Shown here: piece by piece, positions 1 through 8,747 of the stretch
Numbering within the stretch: position 1 is the stretch's first letter
Layout of the letters: every line of letters begins with the position of its first letter
Source of the DNA: Anthoceros angustus
Lineage: Eukaryota; Plantae; Anthocerotophyta
Length of the DNA: 64,000 bases
Direction of reading: 5' to 3'
NCBI GenBank assembly: GCA_010909165.1
Contig: MU008179.1
Location: 620,001-684,000, forward strand
Translations under genes and position numbers: made by a program
The notes under the pieces: model-generated
What the model was told of the DNA's origin: nothing
Databases searched by the model: none
What the model saw: only the letters and a program-made list of their open reading frames with translations

Positions 1-1053
1 TGTGGATGACATCATAATTGCTACGAATAGCCGTGGAGTTATTATCAAAAGTGAAGACCACTCTTAGTTCCAAGTACCAGATGAAGGATATTGGGACTCT
101 TACCTATTGTCTTGGAGTTCAAATTGCTAGGAATAGGGCGTAAGGTACACTTAGTATGTATCAAACCAAATATGTTAAAGAGCTTCTTAATCGTTTCAAG
201 CTTGAGGCAGCTCATCCTGCAGCCACTCCACTTGTATGGACAAGTCTTATCTACTCGAGCCCACCCACGAGGAGGAACGAGAGAGGATGCTTCACACACT
301 TTATAGGAGGCGAGGATGCTTACTCTTCCTGAGTGGCTGGACTCGACCTGATATCACTCATGTTGTTTCTATTGTATCGCAATTCCTTTCTAATCCCGAT
401 TTAGCTCATTGGGTTGAGGTAAAACGCATCTATCGTTATGTATCTGGGACCCTGCATGTAGGACTTCAATATAAGCGATCAGGAACAGGAAGACTGTTGC
501 TTGAGGGTTGGTCTGATGCTAATTGGGCAGCTGATCCGTTGACAAGGAAAAGCCTATCTAGCTATTGTTTTACCTTATGTGGTGCTGTAGTTTCATGGAC
601 ATGTAAGAAGCAACAGAGTGTGTCTCTTAGCTCAATTGAGAGTGAAAATGATTCCTTAACACTTGCTGGTAAGGAAGCTGTAGCTGGAAGGTCCTTAATA
701 GCGGAGATGGATCAAGCACAGGACTCACCTACCTTGTTGCATTGCGACAATATGTCGGCAATAGCTTTAACCAAGACGCCAAGTACCATGCTCGGACTAA
801 GCATATAGGCATTTATCATCATTTTATTAGACAGCTAGTCTCCGAGCATCATGTAACTATTGAATACATCCCAACAGAGGAGAACCCGGCGGATATATTT
901 ACAAAGAGTTTATCCAAGGCCAAGCACCGATTTCTCTTACGCTTTAGGCCTTGTGGACTTATCAAATGGTTCTTCTTAAGTGGGAGCTCTTACGCACATA
1001 CGCTAACTTGCTATACATTTACGTTCTTATCAAGAGTGAACTGGACGTGTTAG
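1..1053 (+). mobile_element. Ty1/copia retrotransposon pol 3' end (RT C-terminus and RNase H), frameshifted, truncated by the window edge
   Basis: TRPDITHVVSIVSQFLSNP, WSDANWAAD..TRKS, SWTCKKQQSVSLSS.ESE, HCDNMSAIAL and ARTKHIGIYHHFIR..YIPTEENPADIFTKSL are split over ORFs 236-808 and 742-1053. Confidence 0.95.
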
Positions 1054-1094
1054 CTTGTTAGTCTCATTCATGTTGCTTCAAGCGTGAGTGGGAG

Positions 1095-1306
1095 TGTAGA
1101 GGTTATGGCTATTAGAGCCCTAGTTAGGGCACGTTTGAAGATTATACTTTAATAATTACTTAAGTTACAGTGATGATATGAATAGGCATCTTAGATTCAG
1201 TTTTATAACTACTTTTATATGCTCTTCAAAAACATTGTCTTGGTTCACTTTTTTCAATTCATACACTCTTTGTTCTACGCTTCTGTGAAATCCATGTGCC
1301 TTCACA
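1095..1306 (+). mobile_element. Probable 3' LTR of the copia element
   Basis: Purine tract GAGTGGGAG (1086-1094) is followed by TGTAGAGG. The segment ends in CCTTCACA, an imperfect inverted repeat giving TG...CA. Confidence 0.7.
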
Positions 1307-2303
1307 AGAGCAAGAAAGAAAAGGCTGAGCAATCAGCTACAAAAAGGTAACGACAAAAAGCGCAAAGTCGAGGTCACAGTTAAGAGACAACACTTTGAGG
1401 CGATAAACGGGTCGGAGAGTGTCGAGAAGAAGAAGAAGAAGCAGGCGGACTAATGTTAGACCTGACTCTCCCTCTTTCAGGCCTGGAGGATCCTCTCTTC
1501 TGGTGGGATGGAAGGCCTTAATTTTGCTCCCGTCACCTTGTTGGGTAGCCAACAGGATGTATTATTTATGGAAGTGTCTCCGAGACTCGGGGAGGTGTGC
1601 CCTGTCTATCTAGGGCGCACAACCGATTTTGTGAAGGCTTCTCATAGCCTAGAGTGGCTCTCCCAGGCAAGAAATGAGGCAGGCTTCCGCCCGCCGAGCG
1701 CGAGGTAGGTCTGTTGGGGTGCCAGTCAAGCGTGTGTTGCCATAGTAGCTGAGAATCTCTGTCACCTTACAGCGCCTAACGCCTCCCGGAGAAGGCCGCC
1801 GCCCGCGTGAACCCATGCGGAGCCCTATCTCCATCGTGCCCACATTTGTAACCAATCCGGCAGCAGGGCACTTGTGGCTGCCAGCATTGTAAGTTATCAA
1901 ATTTGCAGGTGTTTGATGAAATGGCAGGTGTAGATGCTATCGAGGGCGCTCATGAGTCACCTGGCACCACTCTTATGATCTGACCGACAGTTTTTCCACG
2001 TGCTACGCCTGCCTCCAAGGTGGTTGGTGTAGCATAGTGCTTCCTAGCTCTTCATAAAAGATGAAGTTGAGCTTTCTGTCTCTTCAAAAAGGCGAAGTTG
2101 AGCTTTCTGGCTCGGCCTGCCACACAGACAGAGAAAGGCAAAGTTGAGCCGTATTTGACCCAGGTACCATATATAGCTCTCTTAATGAATGGGATGTAAA
2201 TGAATGAATTAAGGAGGCAGAGCCTAAACGTGAGGAGCTTTGAAATTATTGGTTCCCCGAGCCTGTTGCATTCCGATTGGAGGATTAGGAAGGGGCAAAA
2301 GCG

Positions 2304-2342
2304 GCAAGCAGGAAGCCCGGGCGCAAGGCGAGCATGGCTGCA
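2304..2342 (+). promoter_or_regulatory. Conserved upstream motif of the germin array (also at 4257-4295, 4375-4411, 6736-6772)
   Basis: GCAAGCAGGAAGCCCGGGCGCAA(G/A)GCGAGCATGGC recurs four times, upstream of both germin genes and at an orphan site. Confidence 0.55.
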
Positions 2343-2522
2343 GATGAGATATTTCGATGCGTGGAAAGCGAGGATCAGATACACGCAGGAAAGTGCACAC
2401 TGCGCAGGCTCGTCAGCGAGCGGACTGGTACAAATAGCGGGCCGTTGGGCACTGCATTCCAACGATTTCATCCAGCAATTTCAGCGCTTCCCGGGTCTCC
2501 GAGTCGTCGTGCGGATCGAGCC

Positions 2523-3164
2523 ATGGCAGCATCCCAGCTCCTGTTCCTGGCCGTGGCCATGGCGGCAGCAGCCCTGGTTGCAGGCGACGCGGAAGTGGTG
2601 GTGGATTTCTGCGTGACGGACCCGGCGCCCGGCAACTCCATCCGACCCACCGGAAGCCCCTGCAAGGCTCTGGCCGACGTCAAGTCCTCCGACTTCAAGT
2701 TCACGCTGGTGCCGGGCGCCCCGGCGCCGCCTCAACTTCGGCGTCGCGGTGGGCTTCGCCGACCAGTGGGGCGGGCTCAACGGCCTGCAGGTTGCCATCG
2801 CGAGGCTGGATTTCGGAAAGGGCGGCCAGATCCTCCCCACCACCACCCGCGCGCCACCGAGATCTTCTACGTGGTGAAGGGCAAGGTGCTGAACGGCTTC
2901 ATCGACTCCGCCGGCACCCTGTACGAGGAGGTGTTGAGCGCGGGCCAGGCCTTCGTCTTCCCAGAGGCCTCATCCACTACCAGCAGAACGTGGGCAAGGG
3001 CCCCGCCTACGGCATCTCCTCCTTCAACAGCCAGAGCCCCGGCCTGCAGCTCACATTCAACGCCGTCCTCGAATCCAACCCCTCATTTCCTCCAAGGATC
3101 TCGCCCAAACTCTCAACGTCAAGAAGAGCGAGGTCGACTCCTGCGCAAGGCCTTTGGAGCCTAA
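2523..3164 (+). pseudogene. Germin-like protein (cupin), copy 1, frameshifted as assembled
   Basis: Signal peptide MAASQLLFLAVAMAAAALVAG, germin box 1 HHHPRATE, and box 2 PRGLIHYQQN after frame correction. It is 642 bp against 648 bp for the intact paralog; the six missing bases are all in or beside C/G runs. Confidence 0.9.
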
Positions 3165-4139
3165 TCGTTCAGCACCTGTCCGCCTCCGGATCCGGAGCTT
3201 CCTCGTTCAGGTCCCCTAGTGTGTCCCCAGTTGTTCCCAGTCCTAGTCCAATCCGGTGACACCAGTGATAGGGATATGTAAGCAAGCGCACCGATTAATG
3301 CTCGCTGCGGATTTGATCTTTTGCTTTTCCTTGGGGAGACAGTCACGGCCCAGGCCTGGCTGTGCCAGTGGTAGCCATCTCCTCAACGTTTTACATTTTA
3401 TCACATGACCTTGTGTGAGCACACGTCCCTCTCGGCAACCCAGTGCCGTACACTCTACGCCCATGAGTTTACTCGTAAACCCTTGGCCTGCATGTGTGCT
3501 TTGTGGTGCTAGGTGCGCAAGCTAGTGTTCCATCGTTGTTCAGCAGACGACTGAATCAGGAACAGTGTTCTCGAAACCGGAAGAACAGCAGCCGCATACG
3601 CCCGCACCATGGTTCCGGATATGGAACAAGGGTTGAGAGATGCAGGTTTTGCGATAAAGAACTTCAGCTACGTCCGAATATCGGAAGGACAACGTACCCA
3701 CAGCTCCCCACGTGCGCCATGTCTCCGAGTCCCGAACAATATTCGCAAGATCCGTTTTGGTCTTGCACGGTGCCCCGACGCCATCCTTCAGACAATCCCG
3801 TTTGGAAGGGGCTTCCTTGGTCAGGAACCAGACCTGTTCGCCCATAATATGGTTTAAAGCCTTTTTGACTCATAATATGTTCTGCGCCTCTCCCCAAGGT
3901 GGCTCCTGCAGCAAAGTGCACTTTGCCTCGGCTCACAAGGCACATTTGAGCTGTATGTCACAACTGCATTGAAGGCTGTCAATATTAAAATATTGAAGGC
4001 TGTCAATATTAAAATGATGTACGCAGGCGGGATGTAGGTATCAGGGAGGCAGATATGCCTGCAATGCATGTCAGTGGCCGCAGATTGGTGAACTTGTTGG
4101 TTAGCCCTGAAAGCTGCAAGCAGAACAAGGAGAAGGTAT

Positions 4140-4191
4140 GTGGGCAAGGGCCCCGCCTACGTGGCCAGAACTTGGGCGGGCCCCTTGCCCA
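4140..4191. repeat. Short hairpin whose left arm is germin coding sequence
   Basis: 4140-4161 is identical to germin-1 CDS 2990-3011. 4141-4157 pairs with 4175-4191 at 16 of 17 positions. Confidence 0.75.
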
Positions 4192-4639
4192 GCCAGATTG
4201 AATAAAAGTCTTCTCAGCTTATCTGCATACTCAAAGGCCCCAGCAAAGCTGCAATTGCAAGCAGGAAGCACGGGCGCAAAGCGAGCATGGCTGCATATGA
4301 GATATTTTGTTGCGTGGAAAGCGAGAGTCCGATACACGTAGGGAAAGTCCTCTTCAAAGCGGCGGTTACCCCTTGCAAGCAGGAAGCCCGGGCGCAAAGC
4401 CAGCATGGCGGCCCATGGGATTACATGATTTGATGCGTGGAATTTGAAATCATGGGTCAGATACATGGAGGGTCGAGACTCAAAGTATTGGAATAAGAGC
4501 TTGCCCCTGCTGCATTGCATGCACTTGGTAGTTGGTGCTTGCTTTGAGATTTTAGAGGAGGAGGTTGAGGTGGAAATGAAGGAAGCTGTTAACGTGTCCA
4601 TGGGCAAAGAAGTTAGTCAGCACGATATGTTTACCATTC

Positions 4640-5896
4640 CACTTTCCTTTACGTCAACTCCACGAGAATCCCCCACATAGGCCAGCTGCTTCTCCTTCTT
4701 ATTAGTGAAGGTTATGAACAGGTGTCTATTGTTTGAGACATGGGTTGTGGCCCCAGAATCCATAAATCATAGTGGTTTCTTAATGATGTAAGCAGACAAT
4801 AAGAACAGTGGAGCCACTCTTGTAAATAGGCTGTGAGGATGAAGCACCCTTAGAGGCAACATGAGCAGTAGGTTTGAAATCCTTCCTAGGTTCACCAGTT
4901 CTTTTTGCAACAGTCTCTCTCCCATTGTCTAGTAATCTGACACCAGTTGCAGGTACCTTCGCATTTGGCAACAGTGGGAGTAGCAGAAGATGGATTTTTC
5001 TTTTTCTTCCCCTTCTCTCTCCCTATCCAAATGCTTTTCCCGAATTGATGCAACTAGAACCTTCTCTGTGTGCCCCCTTGCGATGCTACTAGATTGAGTT
5101 CGACTCTACTCCTTTTGAAGAATGGCTCCAATTAGCTCATTGAGGGTAAGAGTTGGTGTACTTCCTGATTGCACTACAGAAACATATGTCAGCAAGGAAG
5201 AATTCTGATTGGAAACAAATTGCTGGTAGAAAGAAGGAAGACTGGAAAGAAGTTGAGCAACGACTTCAATTTCCTATAGCTTACTGCCTAACATGGTAAG
5301 CTTAGCCTTAAAACATTGAAATGTGCTTATATGAGTGCCGATGTTGACCCCTTCTTCCATTTCTAGCAATAACCAAGGTTAGAATGTTGTGAACTTCTTT
5401 CATTTCTAGCAGTAACCAAGGTTAGAATGTTGTGAACTTGATATGTGTCTTCAAATGTGTCCATACATCTGCCGCTATTGGGAGAAACTCAACCTCGAAA
5501 TAATAGCCTCATCCAATCCAGACAGTAAGATGGCAAATGCAACTTTATTGCCCTTATTAAATTTGGCAATATCATCAAGTAAAGCTCTGGTCTAGGTCTT
5601 GAGATAGAGCCATCAACAAATTCTCACATGTCTCTAGCATTAAGGAATGCCTTCATTCTAGCTCTCCAGCTCTCGTAACTGGTAGCCTCATGACTGGCAG
5701 GCTTGCCATCAAACCTGTCTTTCACCTTGAACTCCCCTCCATAAGTATGATCAGCAAAGGTAGCCATGCTAGCACGCACTTGAGGAATAGGAGGAGAGAA
5801 GGAGGGAAATTGCTGAGCTAGAGATGTTAGAAAATCAACATCAATGTCCTCGTCTTCATCTATGTCACTATTATGTAGCCACCAAAATTGCGGCAT
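4640..5896 (-). mobile_element. Degenerate Ty1/copia gag-protease fragment
   Basis: Gag N-terminus RFDGK..SYESWRARMKAFLNARDM, decayed zinc knuckle CNWCQITRQWERDC near 4890-4940, and protease motif (W>stop)FMDSGATTHVSNNRHLF near 4720-4775. Confidence 0.85.
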
Positions 5897-6859
5897 GGGA
5901 ATGAGGATAGATGGAGTAGGAGAATGGCTGAAAAGTGCAGGAGAAGGATGTTGTTGTGACTAGCTAGATGTACAGGAATACTAGCTAATGTACTCTTGAA
6001 GAGGTACTAATTAACACCACTTCATTTCCTTTTTAGGGTTACGAGAAAAAAAAAACTTAAGGATATTAAAAAGGCCAGCTGGAAACTAAAGTTATAACAC
6101 ATTTCCACATGGCAATCATCATGGCATATAGCATGGATCATCTGCCATATTAGCAATTGCCAAAAGGGTTCTTCATATTCTTGGTCATCATTTGTATTGC
6201 CACATCAAGGCTTGTGCAAGACCGTTTCTCCAATACCTGCTCAAGGCCTGCTGAATGTTTGCTCAAGGCTTCTGAAGGTCTACTGAAGGTTGCTGAATGT
6301 ATGCTCAAGGGTGCCGAAGGTCGCTGACGGTATGTTCAAGGTTGCTCAAAGTTTGCACATAGATGCTGCAAAGGCTTACAAGTCTCATACTTTGTGGCTT
6401 GAGGTTCACAAGACGGGTGCTTGCGTTCAAGCACCAATGTTCCCACAGCCCTAAAACACAAAAATATGTATATCGTATGCAAAAAGATCCATGACACACA
6501 CCTGCCAACGACATGGATACACGGGGCAGCCCCCGGCCGATGTCGTTAAGTGTATGACGACATGCGGAGGGAGAACTTAGGTCACCTTCGATAAAAACCC
6601 CTGGTGTTACGGTGACGTTCGGTATTCCATAGTTAGCCGCCCGAGGCTCCGACATGACGTTTGAAGCACGTGATTCATGAAACAGGTCGTTTCTGCTTCT
6701 CTGGGGTGTGAATACTACTGACGGGCCCCAAAGTTGCAAGAGGAATCCCGGGCGCAAAACGAGCATGGCGGCCGATATATGCGATAAGGTATAGTTTGAT
6801 GCGATGATACTTTGAATCTATCCGCTCGAAAGTGCACACTGCACACTGGAGTGCAGTGC

Positions 6860-7231
6860 TATGGCGTATCGATCTCGTCACGAAGGAAGAAGTTATACTT
6901 TTTTTGTGATGTGAGTGGAGCACCAGCTAGTTCGGTGCGGGCCAGCTGGTGCTCCACCTCTGCACTTGCAAGCTGATCACCAAGCTGATCGATTGGTGGA
7001 TCGGGCGGGGCTCCGCCTGATTAGGTATAGCAACCGATCGATCGCTGGGCAGATCGATCTCCGCAACAATTAGACAGTCACGGGCAGGGCAAGGGATCGC
7101 CGCGATGGCCGGGTTCGCCGTGCTGGAGCTCGAGCTTGGTGAATCGGGCCAGCTGATGCTCCACCTCACCATGGCCATCAGAAAAACAAAACGCATAACA
7201 ATTTCCTTCGTGACGAGATGGGTACGCCATA
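6860..7231. mobile_element. Non-autonomous TIR element (MITE-like) in the germin-2 promoter
   Basis: Imperfect TIRs TATGGCGTATCGATCTCGTCACGAAGGAA / TTCCTTCGTGACGAGATGGGTACGCCATA extend to roughly 70-90 bp. CAGTGC flanks both sides. The element is absent from the matching germin-1 upstream region. Confidence 0.8.
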
Positions 7232-7398
7232 CAGTGCAAAGGCTCTCTCACAGTGCGAAGGCTCGTGAGCGAGCGAACTGTTGCAAATACCGGGCCGAGG
7301 GTCCCTGCATTCCAGGCCTTCAGCAATTTCATCGCTTCCCGACTCCGAATCGTCTCAGTCCCAAATCGACGCCCGCGCCTCGTCGTCTGGATCGAGCC

Positions 7399-8046
7399 AT
7401 GGTCGCATCCCAGCTCCTGTTCCTGGCCGTGGCCATGACGGCAGCGGCCACGGTTGCAGGCGACGCGGAAGTGGTCGTGGATTTCTGCGTCAGGGCCTTG
7501 GCGCCCATCAATTCGATCCGACCCACCGGAGGCGCCTGCAAGGATCTGGCTAACGTCACGTCCGCCGACTTCAAGCACACGCTGGCGCCCAGCGCCCCGG
7601 CCGGCCGCTCCAACGTGGGCGTGGCTGTGGGCTTCGCCGACCAGTGGCCCGGAATCAACGGCCTGCAGATCGCCATCTCCAGGCTAAACTTCGGAGTGAA
7701 CGGCCAGGTGGGTTTCCATCACCACCCGCGCGCCACCGAGGTCTTCTACGTGGTGGAGGGCCAGGTGTTGTGCGGCTTCATCGACAGCGCCGGCACCCTG
7801 TACGAGGAGGCGGTGGGCGCAGGCCAGGCCTGTGTCTTCCCCAGAGGCCTCATCCACTACCAGTGGAACGAGGGAAAGGGCTCCGCCTCCGGCATCGCCT
7901 CCTTCAACAGCCAGGACCCCGGGCTGCAGCCCACGTTCAGCGCCGTCCTGGGATCCAAGCTCCTCGTTTCCTTCAAGCTTCTCGCCCAAGATCTAAATGT
8001 GAAGACGAGCGTAGTTGACTCCCTGCGTAAGGCCTTGAGATCTTAA
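7399..8046 (+). CDS. Germin-like protein (cupin), copy 2, intact, 215 aa, intronless
   Basis: Signal peptide, DFCV, HHHPRATE and PRGLIHYQWN metal-binding boxes. Collinear with copy 1, including the flanks. Confidence 0.95.
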   Translation: MVASQLLFLAVAMTAAATVAGDAEVVVDFCVRALAPINSIRPTGGACKDLANVTSADFKHTLAPSAPAGRSNVGVAVGFADQWPGINGLQIAISRLNFGVNGQVGFHHHPRATEVFYVVEGQVLCGFIDSAGTLYEEAVGAGQACVFPRGLIHYQWNEGKGSASGIASFNSQDPGLQPTFSAVLGSKLLVSFKLLAQDLNVKTSVVDSLRKALRS

Positions 8047-8356
8047 TCAGCCTCTTCCTCCTTGGGAGCTTCCTCATTCGCCATTTCAGGTCGTCGATGT
8101 CTCGCAGCTAGTTGTTCCTAGTCATAGTCGAGTAACATAGTTATGCAAGCTAGCGCACCAATGAATGCTCGCGAGCGCTGCTTTCGTTTGCTTTTTCCGT
8201 GAGGAGACAGGCACGGCCTGGCTTTTGTAGCCATCTCTCCAAATTTTGCATTTCCCACGATTTCGCATTCTTGTGCTCGTACCTCTCCTCCCAGCAGCCC
8301 GAGCCCACAATTTACGCCCATCAGTTACCTACTCACAACTGCACGTCAGTAGACCC

Positions 8357-8557
8357 CTACCGCCCCCAACGCACATGAGAGGATCGGCACTCGATAACAT
8401 CAAAGTCGTGCACATATTTAGTTTCAGAATCACACACCATCCATACCTTCAACCCCCAGCGGACTGGCTTGTTTGCAATATATGGCATAATTTTGCAAGG
8501 CCTATTTCTACATGGAATCATAGCCTCATCTACCTGGAGTTGGTTTCTCAATGACAC
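8357..8557 (-). mobile_element. piggyBac-family transposase fragment
   Basis: LQVDEAMIPCRNRPCKIMPYIANKPVRWGLKVWMVCDSETKYVHDFDV matches the piggyBac VDE.MIPF.GR...KQY.P.KP.KWG.K.W.LCDS..GY block containing the first catalytic Asp. Confidence 0.85.
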
Positions 8558-8570
8558 TGAAGAGTAGATA

Positions 8571-8747
8571 CATTACATGGATGCACAAGACAGTGATGCA
8601 GAGGAAACAGGAGACGCATGTAAGGAATGCGAATGCACTGTCACGAGAGCATCCTGGCACATTACATGGATGCACAAGCCAGTGATGCAGAGGAAACAGG
8701 AGACGCATGTAAGGAATGCGAATGCACTGTCACGAAAGCATCCTGGC
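8571..8747. repeat. 89-bp tandem duplication spanning the receptor kinase stop codon
   Basis: Near-identical units start at 8571 and 8660. Confidence 0.9.

Noticed and set aside
1456-2060. Solo LTR starting at TGTTAG
   Set aside because: No matching CA terminus, TSD or second copy found.
3480-3970. Short overlapping ORFs between the germins
   Set aside because: No recognisable motif in any frame.
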